Source of the DNA: Octopus vulgaris
Taxonomy: Eukaryota
NCBI GenBank assembly: GCA_951406725.2
Contig: OX597838.1
Span: 8,928,001-8,992,000, forward strand
DNA length: 64,000 nucleotides
Direction: 5' to 3'
Part shown: positions 51,201 through 63,917 of the stretch, piece after piece
How positions within the stretch are numbered: the stretch's first letter is position 1
How the letters are laid out: each line of letters begins with the position of its first letter
Notes under the pieces: model-generated
The model's database searches: none
Told to the model about the DNA's origin: nothing
The model's input: only the letters and a program-made list of their open reading frames with translations
Translations under genes and position numbers: made by a program

Positions 51201-51294
51201 ACCGACGCTTTTCTTTTGGTTCCTTGATATTTTCTTCAGAATCTGAGTTTGTATCAGAGCTGCTGCTGCTGGAATATTGGCAGAGACGCTTCAT
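43265..51294 (-). CDS. WDR25: WD40-repeat protein WDR25, spliced; exons 51294-50397, 49307-49138, 46402-46265, 45646-45506, 43486-43265 (1569 nt, 522 aa); probable 5'UTR exon with donor near 51644
   Basis: Acidic N-terminus followed by WD repeats (AHVGSINRIRWC..LLLSVADDSLVKIWN; VKDAEWSSCGRHVLTCGYD; SADRNIMAWHCQTGVVLSNQIYHEKYIC; VSSGSSDGKVYTY; VAYHPVLPSTLACCSLDGEIQIW). The LSNQIYHE.Y.C and YHPVLPS.LA.C motifs match my recollection of WDR25. All junctions are GT-AG with compatible phases. Confidence 0.9.
43517..43947 (+). mobile_element. SINE family A copy
   Basis: Full-length, ~30 bp from the last WDR25 acceptor. Confidence 0.9.
44190..44440 (+). mobile_element. Old RTE-like RT relic; an APE relic of the RTE family lies at ~44990-45230 (-)
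   Basis: QLRERAKECKLPLCITLVDYGKAFGSV; on the minus strand VDNVIEVVRVCDRVLKLRLVL. Confidence 0.7.
44457..44743. mobile_element. Foldback MITE (~130-bp arms, ~25-bp loop); left-arm copy at 10280-10385 interrupted by a SINE
   Basis: agtaaagattgtttgccagcataacatggcag... and ...ctgccatgttatgttggcaagcaatctttact are reverse complements over most of the element. Confidence 0.88.
49378..49613. mobile_element. piggyBac-like MITE; diverged sister copy at ~50048-50295. A related TTAA-CCC family lies at 8767-8992, ~16610-16746 and ~61970-62097.
   Basis: Ends aaccctttcactg ... cagtaaaagggttaa (CCC/GGG termini next to TTAA). Confidence 0.6.
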
Positions 51295-51874
51295 CGATAG
51301 CTGCAAAGAAAAAAAAACAAGAATCTATACATAAAAATGAATATTGAACACATACATCATCATCCTCACCAACACTTAATGCCTATGGTCTATGCTGGAG
51401 TGGGTTGGATGGAGCAAAGGGCTCTGATGGGTCCAAGGACTGCACCCTGTTTTAATGTCTGCTTTGGCATGGTTTCTATGACTGGGGCCCCTTCCTAATG
51501 TCAACCACTTCACAGCATGCACTGGTTACTTTTTTGTGCCACCAGCACAAAAAAAAAAATGATAATAAAATAAAGAAAATCAAAATAATAAATAAATAAA
51601 TGAAAACAAAAGGTAAAATAACGTAGAAAAGAAAAGAAAAATACCTTTCAGATGGCGTGGTTTCCGTTTATATCGAAATTTAATGTGACTTACATATTGA
51701 CATACACACACACATATATAAATACATATACAAAGATAACTAAGGCCGGTCTATGGGAATACTGTGGGAATACCGTGCATAAAGCGCTTAGTTTTGCAAC
51801 GTTATCATCAGACCCCAAAACCTCGTGAGCACATGGCCGGCCCCCCCCCTCTCTCTCTCATTCTACACACACAC

Positions 51875-51913
<39 letters not shown>

Positions 51914-52428
51914 CATATATGTACGTACCTACCTCTACATGTATATATACACGCATATATGAGTACAGGACACCAAAAAGTCGTCGAACACAATGAGAAA
52001 CGAAAACATAGACACAAACCAAAGGAACTGGACATTTTTTTAAACAACAAAAATATAGAGTACAGGACAATTAACACAAAGAAAAAACCCCTTCTTCAGT
52101 CGCTATGGTTTCATCTACTCTACGTTTCGAAGGTGATATATATACATATATATATACACACATACACAACCTGAAGGCTGATTAGCCAACCATATTATTA
52201 ATATATATGCAAAATGAAACTTGAAATATCGAAGACATGCGACCTGTGTGTCGCTATACACGTGTACACATCCACCGAATTATATATATATATATATATT
52301 GAGGTCGACTTTGCCTTTCATCCTTTCGGGGTCGATAAATTAAGTACCAGTTACGCACTGGGGTCGGTGTAATCGACTTAATCCCTTTGTCTGTCCTTGT
52401 TTGTCCCCTCTGTGTTTAGCCCCTTGAG

Positions 52429-52470
<42 letters not shown>

Positions 52471-52901
52471 CTTCCTAAATTCTGTTTTAATCGTAATATA
52501 CACCATCTAAGATGTATTTATAGAGAATTTAATTAAAAAATGACAATTCTACTGAAAGTTTTGAAGCAGCAAAGTCGGTGGGACGAAAAGAACGAATGTG
52601 GCGGGAAAAAAATGTAAAAGTTGAAATTTTGGTGGGAAATTATTTTCAGAATCGTAATTTCTGTTGTGCGAATCACAGGAATAATAATAATAATGATGCA
52701 AAGGGAGCGAGAGAACCACCGTTTTCCTTTCCTGTGAAGTGAGGAAGACTTTAAAGGACGGCAGTTCCAAAACTCTGCTAATTAAGGAATAATGCGTAGA
52801 TACAATATTAAGGAAATCTTGAGATATTTACCTGATTCAGTCTTTTACAGAAGCTGTTGATATCGTTTGGGTTAGGAAAGAACAGGCAGTGAAAAATATC
52901 G

Positions 52902-53333
52902 GGCAATCTTTCGTCTCTAGTAGACCTTTCCGTCGATTTCCGTAAAAAACTTTTATTTTTTTTTACATATGGGCTTGCGGGAACTTTTGAAGTAATGAGA
53001 GCGAAAGAGACTAAGAGAAAGCGATTGTATGACGAGGGAAGTTCTTTTGAAGTTACCGTGCATGGGAAGCATTGATGTACATGTGTGTGTGTGTGTGTGT
53101 GTTTGATGGGGTGTGGGAGACAGACAGTATGTTGTGTAAGTGAAGTGCTTCTGTTAGTGTGTGTGAAGAGACAGAGTAATGTGTGAAAGAAAGAGATAAC
53201 TGAAATTTTTTACTCGGTGTATGTGTATATGTATGTATATTATTTCAAAAGTTCCCGCAAGCCCATATGTAAAAAAAAAATAAATTTTTTTACGGAAATC
53301 GACGGAAAGGTCTACTAGAGACGAAAGATCGCC
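52902..53333. mobile_element. Second copy of the same MITE
   Basis: Near-identical to 3770-4159, with complete ends GGCAATCTTTCGTCTCTAG...CTAGAGACGAAAGATCGCC; TSD not recognisable. Confidence 0.85.
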
Positions 53334-55588
53334 ACAATGGCAATTTCCAAAAGTTTTGGGAGTTAATTAAACCAATTAAGGTAGCTTCGACTGAGAATAG
53401 AAAGAAAAAAAACGAACGCAAAATGTAATGAGTCGTAGCTTACTTTTTTCTTCTTCTTCTTCTTGTCTCTCTCTTATTCTTAAAATATCGAAGGAGATAA
53501 ACTGTATGAGAATATAAAACAATAAATCACCAACGAAGTCTTCTTATTTCTGGACATTTTCTTTTCAATTCCGACCGAGTAGTTAACTATTATACGCAAG
53601 TTATCTCCCTTGACAGAGCCTCAAACAGGTCAATAGGCCTGTTAGAAATAGCAGTCAAACTACACTACAAGAACAACTTAACACATATTTAAAAAAAGTA
53701 AGACGTTGCATCACCGCCGTCGCAAGGCATGGGTACGCTGGATTAGTTGCCCGGGCATCTCTCGGATTTAGGGGTCAATTCCGACTTGCTGTCAATAAAT
53801 ACTATAGAACCCAATTTGTCCGAGGGTCCATAATACTTCTAAGCTGGGTTGTAAATTGCAATTTTTTTTTTTTAATATACAAACTTTATTATGCATATAA
53901 TACGTATGTATATGATACATATATATAGTATAAAAGAAAAACAGCAAGGATGGGGGGAAAGAAAAGAGAAAGACATCCATGCAGCACCAAGTGATTCAGT
54001 TGGTTGCACACCACAAGCGTACTTGTGGTTGAAATTGCCGAAATGCAAGAAATTAAAGAACAAATAGCTTACAAACTATAGAATTTTCTCAAGAAAGCCA
54101 AGAGTAAAAGATGTTTTATGTAACACATTCTACCAGTATACGAAGTTTAAAAGTGTTTAGTTTCAAAGAAATTATTTTAAAAATCTGCCGGTCAAAGCGA
54201 AAAGATCCGCGTATTTTTATCTTCAAATTAAATTCCATTTTCTTTTTCCAAAAATGCTTAATTTCCATTTAATGAACCATTCTGTATGCACATTGTCATC
54301 AAGGGATAACTTGGGAGAAATTCTTTAAAAAAAATAAAATAAAACTGTTTCTAGAATATGTATTTATAATTATTTTAATTATAGCTACAGGTTGGTTATC
54401 CATCACACACAGACACACACACGTTCGGCAATATTCATGTTTTAAATGAATTTTTTGCAGAGATACATTTTCAAGGCTGCAATCGTAGGATTATATTTAA
54501 AGTATTTTAAAAAAAGTTTCGGATTATTCTTTGCTCCCACCTGACTCTATTGTCTTAAGATTCTTAAGACAACTCTTATTATTATTATTTTTTTAACATT
54601 AAATCCCGATATTCTTCTCCATCTAAAAGGTATTTCTTTTAAGAAAATTTCATTTAAAAATAGCCATTTTTCTGAAAGTTATGAGGAAACAAAGTCGGTG
54701 GGGTTCACACCTGTGTAGGCATGCCTCACAATAAATCTTATAAAATAAGTGAAAAAAGGCTCGATTTTTAGGACAATTGGAAACAAAGTCGGGGAGGACT
54801 GGGAAGAATGATCCGAAAGTTCTTTGGAAATTTTTTCTTTTCTAAATTTTATGAATATAATTTTAAATGTACACTAAAACAACAACCTGCCTTTGCAAAG
54901 TGAAGGTTCATTATAAGGTGAAAGTAAAGAATACGTACACCTGGTGTTTAGGGTTTTTGTTACGCCAAAAACGGTGGGGGAGAATGTATTCTTTACCTCC
55001 ACACATTATAAAACTACGCATTTTCCAGAAAATTAGAAAGAAACAAAGTCAAGAAGAGGAATGTCACACCAAAGGTTAATGTGTGATTATGGTTTATTTT
55101 GCGACACAGTGACGGATCTCTTATTGGTACTGCTAGAAATAGCAGCCAGATTTCCCTCCAATAACACCTTATTGTCTTAAAAAGCAGACAGGTATCTAAA
55201 AAATCCGATTTTTTTTTTTACAAGTACCCCTCTTATTGGACTTCCAGAAATCCCAGATTTCCAGAAATCTGGGAATCTTGTGCAATTGTATTGAGTAAAA
55301 CAGACCGTGTTTTAATGTTGGCTAATTTATCTACGGCGTATGATAAAAAAATAGTTTTGTTCTTTATTTTTAAAGTGGGTTGAAGTACCTTTAGAAGCAC
55401 CTGTATGTTTTTTACCTTTATTGTTATACTATTAACATTATGCGTCACACATGGTGCAGTATGACGTATTTTGAGGCTAATAAATTTCTAAGAGGCCCTG
55501 CTTCAGACGTGTATAAATTTGAATCTATTAAGCACAATTTAGTTCTTTACTTTTCATAGTTTATTTCGTATCTTAAGTTTTATATTTA

Positions 55589-55912
55589 GACTGTCTTCAG
55601 AAAACCGGAAAATAATCCAGAAATCCGGAACACTTCCAGTCCCAAGATTACCGGATAATTTGGCTCGGGACTGTCTTCAGAAAACCGGAAAATAATCCAG
55701 AAATCCGGAGCACTTCCAGTCCCAAGATTACCGGATAATTTGGCTCGGGACTGTCTTCAGAAAACCGGAAAATAATCCAGAAATCCGGAGCACTTCCAGT
55801 CCCTAATTTACCGGATAATTTGGCTCGGGACTGTCTTCAGAAAACCGGAAAATAATCCAGAAATCCGGAGCACTTCCAGTCCCCAAGTTTACCGGATAAT
55901 TTGGCTCGGGAC
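55589..55912. repeat. 4 x 80-bp tandem repeat ending 200 bp upstream of the WARS ATG
   Basis: GACTGTCTTCAGAAAACCGG.. starts at 55589, 55669, 55749 and 55829. Confidence 0.97.
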
Positions 55913-56112
55913 TACATTTATTCCATAGGTTTTAGCTGTATAATAAGCAGGAGAGAAATTATTGTGTAAAAAACGAGGAAGAAACCAGCCGAAGACGTTG
56001 CATTCGGATGAAATTTATCGATCAAGTGTGGACCGGAACCGGTGTCGCAGTTATTAGTTCCCCTGTGTAAGAGAAAGCTCAGTGTTGGAAGGGAGTCCAC
56101 GTTTCTAGCATC

Positions 56113-59011
56113 ATGGCAAACGAATTAGAATCAAATATGAATGAGTTGAACCTAAAAGATAAAGACGAAGAAGAAGATGAAAACGATGTGGTTAATCCAT
56201 GGAATGTCGTAAGCAAGTCAGCCAAAGGCGTAGACTACGATAAACTCATCAGTAAGCTTCTCTTGTTAATTTTTTCTCTCCTTCTTACATCATTAATTAA
56301 GCACCTGCTTATTTTATCGCTTCTGCAGTTACTGACTGGCCATGATTAACTTTCTTATAATTATTAGTATCGTTGTTTACTCCGCCCCGGGGGTTAACTT
56401 TGCTTCTCATCCTTCAGGGATCAATAAAATAAAGGACCGGTTAAATACCGGGTTCGGTTAAATAAGGGACCGGTTATGTACCTGGGGTTTGTGGTAGGCA
56501 TAGGCACCCTTTCTCAAGAAGCACGCCGCATCAGATACAGATCATCATCATCATCATCATCATGCAGGCCAACTACTAAAAAAATAATAATATATTGAAG
56601 GTAGAGTCTCGCGGGCCGCAGTTTGCCCATGCCTACTCTATATCGTCGCCAAATTCTCTCACCCAGACACACCCTTGTGTCTATTTGAGAATCAAACAAA
56701 TCTGGCAAAAAGCGTCGAATAAAGAAAAGTGATTCGCAGTATTTGTTCCGACTCCGAGTTCAAATCCTGCCGAAGGCAGTTTTACCTTTCATCCTTTCAG
56801 GGCCGGTAAAGTAAAAGTATTAATAACCAGTAGGTACTGGAGTCGATGGGATATAGACTTGACACTCACCTTCATTATCACTGGCTTCGTGCCTGAACCA
56901 GAAACCATTAGTATTATTATTAATAGCATTTCATACGCTTTAGCAACATTTCGTCCGTCTTGTATGTTCTGAGTTCAATTTCCGCCGAGGTCAATAAATT
57001 AAGTATACCAGTGGAACACTGGGGTCAATGTAATCGACTAGCACCCCTTCCCCGAAATTTCAGCCCTTGTGCCTGTAGTAGAAAGGATTATTATTATTTT
57101 TTATTATTTAAACTAAAAATTATTAGAAGAGGGTATAATTGTATTTTTGTCTGAAGGAATTTAAAATATGTTTATGAAGAACCGAAACGTTCGGTTTTTT
57201 CGTTGTTGCAGGATATAATTCTTACATTAAATAGATGGAAATAAATTGACCTATCGTTATTTTACATAATCTTGGAGATAATTCATCATAAATCACAATA
57301 TGTTTTATATTAAATGTTTTAGTGTCCAACTGTGGCGTATAGGTTATTAAATTAACAAAGCAAATGGTCTACAGCTTATCCACTTTCTGATGCAATGTCT
57401 TAAAGATTTGATGTAAACGATTGCACGAGAAAGAAGATATAAGATCTATCATTAAGATACTACAAAAAAAAAAGGAATTATTATTATTATTATTATATAA
57501 GGTGGCGAACTATCAGAATTGTTAATGCTCCGGAGAAAATGCTTAATGTTATTTCATCCGTCTTTACGTTCTGAATTCAAATTCCGACGAAGTCGACTTT
57601 GCTTTTCATCCTTTCAGGGTCGATGTAATCGATCAGCCTCCTTCCTCAAAGTTTCAGGCTTTGTGTTAAACTGTAGAAAGAATTAGAATCGTTTACCCGC
57701 CGAGTAAAGTGCTTAGCGGCATTTCGTCCGTCTTTATGTTCCGAGTTCAAATTCCGCCGAGGTCAGCTTTGCAGTGTCATCCTTTCAGGATCGACAAAAT
57801 AAGAACCAGTCAAGTATGTGGTCGACTATCCCCCTCCCCTCAAATTCCAGGCCTTGTGCCTATAGTAGAAAGGATTATTATTATTATTAGTAGTAGTAAA
57901 TTAGGACATAACATTCTTTCAGTTTGTGACCCCAAAATGAAAGTAGGGCTATAGTAATCTCTACCTGGGCAATGTCCACCTGTATATTGCCAAAATAAAG
58001 CACCACCATTTCAATGTTTTCCCCAAAAAAATTTCCTGGATTCCTGAGATCGCAATTTTCCCTAAATGAATTAAAGAAATAATATAAAAAGCTTTCCAGT
58101 TTCTTAATCTCTAACTCTTTTTTTTTTTTTTTTGTATACCTACACAACTGTACCCCGCCTCCCCTTTTTTTTAAAGGCAAATTTTCTATATATACACTTC
58201 ATACGGCGTAGACTTTATTTATATCAGAATTTGTGTAAAAAATTTCAATTTCTGAGGATGAGGAGAGAAGATTCCAGAAATTCACACCAGTTGACTTTGT
58301 TTCTTCATAACTTTTTTAAAAAATGGTTATTTTTTAATGAAACTTTCAGATAGTGTAGATCTCAATCAAAGTGGAATTTAAAAAAAAAAAAAAAAAAAAA
58401 AGCAAAAGGGACAAGGAATTAGTGGGCATGTATAGGAATTCACCAAGGATCGGTTCTCATCCCCTACTCTTTTGTTTATCATAGTCCTTCAGGCCTCAAC
58501 AGAGGAATTTAAGACTGATTGCCTTTGAGACTTTCTCTATGCTGACAACCTTGTTCTTATAGCTGAATCACTGCCAGAACTAGAGAAGAAATTTCAGGTG
58601 TGGAAGCAAGGTCGGGAACCAAAGCATTGATTTAGCAAAGACCAAAGTCTTAGTTAGCAGGAGAACAGACATCTTAGAAATCTCTTCAGGGAGATGGCCT
58701 TGCTCAACATGTAGACAAGCATTGGTAGAAATTTGGGTTAATGTTTTTTTCACGTGCCAGTAAGGCAACGGTGGTAATGTACACACTCAATATATATATA
58801 TAATAATATTAGGGAGTAAATCCAAACTTACAGGGAAAAATTAGATTTAGGATTAAATCTAATTTTACAGTATAAATATAAATTAAATTAGAGATAAAAC
58901 CACTATTAGGCAAATCAAACAGTGAAAACATAAACCAAAACATAGAAATAAAATTAATTAATATAATATACAAAATATATAAAATTTTAAATTATTAATT
59001 TATATTTATAA

Positions 59012-59045
<34 letters not shown>

Positions 59046-60077
59046 TATTATTTATTTTTTTATTAAATATATATAACTATCAAAATGTATTAAAAAGTTT
59101 AATATAAGATATTGCCTAATAGTGGTTTTATCTCTAATTTAATTTTTATCATCATCATCATCATCATTTAACGTCCGCTTTCCATGCTGGCATGGGTTGG
59201 ACGGTTCAACTGGGGTCTGGGAAGCCAGAAGGCTGCACCAGGCCCAGTCTGATCTGACAGTGTTTCTACAGCTGGATGCCCTTCCTAACACCAACCACTC
59301 CGTGAGTGTAGTGGGTGTCTTTTACGTGCCACCTGCACAGGTGCCAGACGGGGCTGGCAAACGGCCACGATCGGATGGTGCTTTTTACGTGCCACCGGCA
59401 CGGGGACCAGACGAAGCTGGCAACGGCCACGGTCGGATGGTGGTTTTTTACGTGCCACCGGCACGGAGGCCAGTCGGGCGGAGCTGGCTATGGCCACGTT
59501 CGGATGGATCTCTTACGTGCCACCGGCACTGGTGTCACAGCTACAAGTTCCATTGATGTTGATGGATTACGATTTTGATAAATGTCACACTTCTTTTGGT
59601 TTCTGTTTCAAATTCATTCACAAGGCTTTGGTGTCCACAAAACTACAATAGACGACACTTGCCCAAGGTGGCATGCAGTGGAAATGAACCTAGAACCCTG
59701 TGGTTGGGAAGCAGACTTCTTACCATGTGGCCATGCTTGCACCTATTTATTATAACTAATGCTAAACCATACTAAACCAATACTAACTGACATACTTAGA
59801 AACCAAAGCAGTGAAGGTGTCGGGGATTTGGTGTCCAGTCAAAAAATATTTTTATAAGTCACTGTTTATTTGTTTTTGGTGTTTGGTGTCCCTCTTTGCA
59901 TTCTTTCCTTTTTTATGGCGGTTCTCAATGGTCCTGTCAAAGACTTCAATAAAAGAAAACTATAAAATCTATTTCATTAAATGACACTTCTCTTGGAATT
60001 AGCTAATAATAATAATGATGATAATGATAATAATAATGATGATGATAATGATAATAATAATGATGATGATGATGATA

Positions 60078-60108
<31 letters not shown>

Positions 60109-60392
60109 TAATAATGATAATAATAATAATAATGATAATAATAATAATAATGATAATAATAATAATAATAATGATAATAACAATAACATTCAGACAAATA
60201 CATAACAAAAACACCAGGATTTACAAACACATAACATACAGAAAATTGCACTACTAGGCACTGCACACATCCTACGCAGAACACTTTCCATACAATAACC
60301 ATCAGAGCATCACAACAAATCACAGTACATACCTAAGGCACACAGAGCTGCGCTCGGTAGTGAAGTGAAAGCACGCTATAAAAATAAAACTA

Positions 60393-60433
<41 letters not shown>

Positions 60434-63074
60434 TAATAATAATGTTAATGATAATAATAATAATAACAATAATAATAATAATAATGTTAATGATGATAAT
60501 AAATAATTTTCAAATACTTCAAATGCCTTTTATGACTTATTTGCTGCGTAAACTGTTTCAAGCTGAAATTTTGACTTGGTGATATATGGTTGTCTCAAGT
60601 GTTTTACCTGTGTTAAGTTTTATAAAGTCTCTGTTGTTGGTGTTTATAGATGGAGATGTGGATGTGTGGGTAAGAAGCTGGCTTTCCAACCATTCAGTCC
60701 TTGGTTCAGTCCCACTGTTTGGTGGTCGAGTATTTTCTATTATGGCCTTGGGTTGACCAAAACCTTGTGAGTGGATTTGGTAGACAGTAACTTAAAGAAG
60801 TCTCATTTATAAATATATATATTTCTTTACTACCCACAAGCGGCTAAACACAGAGTGGACAAACAAGGACAGACAAGCAGATTAAGTCAATTATATGCAT
60901 GTGTGTGTGTATATATATATATAAAACCCTTTTCAAAATGTGACCACGTGTGTACCATTGGCAATTTTATTTTCCTCTGTCTTCCCTTCTCTGGATCTTT
61001 CCTCCTATGTTTCCGACGAAGAGCTCCGCTTGAAACATTAAACCCTCGCTCTTTCCTTCTTTCCTGAGCGTCCAATAATACTATATTTGTTCCATGTCCT
61101 CGCGTTGTTGTGTTTTTTTGTGCTTTCTTGTTTGGATTAACTATATATTTATGTGTGTGTGTATGTTTTTATGTTGAGTTATAAAAAAACTATTTCCCAT
61201 TAAATTGAAGGGTTATTCTATACTTTTAGTAGGGTACATATTATTCTTTAACAAGAATTGCGTTGACAGTGACTTCGAAGTTTCAGCCTGCATCCAGTGT
61301 CCATGTCTTGCTGCCATGCAGCATTACACTTCAAACCCAAGTATCATACAACTGACTCTTCATCCAGTGAGCAAATCCTTTTGTTGTCAGTCAAGATTAG
61401 CCAAAGATTAATCCTGAATAGAGAAATAAACTGCATAGGTTTAACCCTTTAGTTGTTAAACCAGCCATACCTGGCCAATATATTCCACCTGTTTTGTGTT
61501 CCTACTGGTTGCCTTTGAGACTTTCTCTATGCTGATAACCTTGTTCTTATAGCTGAATCACTGCCAGAACTAGAGAAGAAATTTCAGGTGTGGAAGCAAG
61601 GCCTGGAACCAAAGAATTAATTTAGCAAAGACCAAAGTCCTAGTTAGCAGGAGAACAGACATCTTAGAAATCTCTTCAGGGAGATGGTCTTGCTCAACCT
61701 GTAGACAAGCATTGGTAGAAATTTGGGTTAATGTTTTTTTCACGTGCCAGTAAGGCAACGCTGGTAATGTACACACTCGAAATATATATATATATATATA
61801 AATGTCGCACTTCTTTTGGTTTCTGTTTTAAATTCATTCACAAGGCTTTGGTTGGCCCAAGGCTATAGTAGAAGACACTTGATCAAGGTGCCATGCGGTG
61901 GGACTGAACCTGGAACCATGTGGTTGGGAAGCAAACTTCTTATCATGCCTTTTGTACTTAGCCTACAATGTCATTCTAAAAATAAACAATCACATCATTG
62001 AAATCTGAAAGCTATGAGATTAATGCATGATTAATTCAAAAGAATATGATTAAATAAGGATTACATTTGACAGAATAATCTGAATGCTAAAGGGTTGAAT
62101 CTTAACCGTCTTTTTTACTTTTATTTATATTTTTTTTTAATCAGCGAGATTTGGCTGCAGTCCTCTTGACCAAAACCTCCTTGATCGCATGGAAAAGATT
62201 ATTGGTCAGCCTCTACATCATTTCCTGAGAAGAGGTATCTTTTTTGCACACAGGTAAACTTATTTCTTCTCTCTCTCTCCCCTCTCCCCCCTCTCTCTCT
62301 CTCTTCCAGGACCTATTTTGCAAATGCATCTTACTTCCATTGCAAAACTGTACATAAAGCAATTGCTGTTAAGCTTATTAAGCAAATCATAAAGCTGTTA
62401 GTTTTGTCACATAAATTACAGACATAAGAGCAGCAGTGTTTATTTTTCATACTAAAGGTTATTATGGAGTATACCCAAAAGCTTTAGCCATTCTTGCATT
62501 CATAAATTAAATAAATTTGCTAGATACATTTGTCATGAAGAAAAAATCGGCAAGTCTGAGAGAAGGACATTGCAGGATAAGACAGAATAAGATGGCTGAG
62601 GTTACTCGTGACATGCAGTCTGTTTTTGCTGTTTCGAAGTTGAGTATTATATATAAATTTATATATACATAGGTGCAGGAGTGGCTTTGTGGTAAATAGC
62701 TTGCTAACCAATCACATGATTCCGGGTTCAGTCCCACTGTGTGGCATCTTGGGCAAGTGTCTTCTACTATAACCTCGGGCCGACCAATGCCTTGTGAGTG
62801 GATTTGGTAGACGGAAACTGAAAGAAGCCCGTCGTATATTTGTATATATATATATATGTGTGTGTGTGTGTTTGTGTGTCTGTGTTTGTCCCCCTAGCAT
62901 TGCTTGACAACCGATGCTGGTGTGTTTATGTCCCCGTTACTTAGCGGTTCGGCAAAAGAGACCGATAGAATAAGTACTGGGCTTACAAAAGAATAAGTCC
63001 CGGGGTCGATTTGCTCGATTAAAAGGCAGTGCTCCAGCATGGCCGCAGTCAAATGACTGAAACAAGTAAAAGAG

Positions 63075-63111
<37 letters not shown>

Positions 63112-63273
63112 TATTATCTTGCATTATTGATTTCTTTGTCTAATTTGTTTCAGGGAATTGAATGTTATTTTAGACTTGTACGAGAAAGGCACACCTTTTT
63201 ACCTATACACAGGACGGGGCCCATCTTCAATGGCCATGCATGTGGGTCACTTGATTCCATTCATTATAACCAA
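56113..63273 (+). CDS. WARS1: Cytoplasmic tryptophanyl-tRNA synthetase, first three coding exons 56113-56251, 62145-62253, 63154-63273; gene continues beyond the window
   Basis: Spliced translation [65 protein letters not shown] contains the class I HIGH-type motif HVGH. GT-AG junctions with compatible phases. Confidence 0.96.
58440..58730 (+). mobile_element. RTE RT internal fragment, duplicated at 61505-61720
   Basis: Decayed [34 protein letters not shown]. Confidence 0.8.
60004..60505. repeat. (AAT/GAT)n microsatellite split by a Dong 3' end
   Basis: Read directly. Confidence 0.95.
60189..60397 (+). mobile_element. 5'-truncated Dong/R4-type LINE 3' end inside an (AAT)n microsatellite
   Basis: Encodes [19 protein letters not shown] stop (cf. 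40260-40324), then a short 3'UTR and (TAA)n. Confidence 0.8.
60930..61142 (+). mobile_element. Penelope-like terminal-repeat relic with degenerate minimal hammerhead motif
   Basis: GTTT-CCGACGA-A-GAGC-TCC-GCTT-GAAAC-ATT-AAAC at 61009-61043. Confidence 0.45.
62671..63075 (+). mobile_element. SINE family A copy
   Basis: Full-length, in a WARS intron. Confidence 0.9.
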
Positions 63274-63414
63274 GTAAGTGGTCAGTTTCTGTTTTTCACT
63301 CTGTTTAACTTGACTTTTCATTGGTCTGGAGTTGATGAGATAAAATAACCTGTGTTAATTAATTTGATGCAGCCTTTTTTTTTTCATATTTGAGGCCATG
63401 TGACTACCTTAAGA

Positions 63415-63522
63415 ATCATCATCGCCATCATCATTATTATCATCATCATCATCATCATTATTATTATCATTATTATTATTATTATTATTATTATCATTAT
63501 TATTATTATCATTATTATTATC

Positions 63523-63554
<32 letters not shown>

Positions 63555-63679
63555 TATTATCATTATTATTATTATTATTATCATCATTATTATTATTATT
63601 ATCATTATTATTATTATTATCATTATCATTATTATTATTATCATCATTATTATTATTATTATCATTATTATTATCATTA

Positions 63680-63710
<31 letters not shown>

Positions 63711-63764
63711 TATTATCATTATTATTATCATTATCATTATTATTATTATATCATTATTATTATC

Positions 63765-63796
<32 letters not shown>

Positions 63797-63803
63797 TATT
63801 ATC

Positions 63804-63834
<31 letters not shown>

Positions 63835-63886
63835 ATTATTATTATCATTTATTATTATTATTATTATTATATTATTATTATTATTA

Positions 63887-63917
<31 letters not shown>

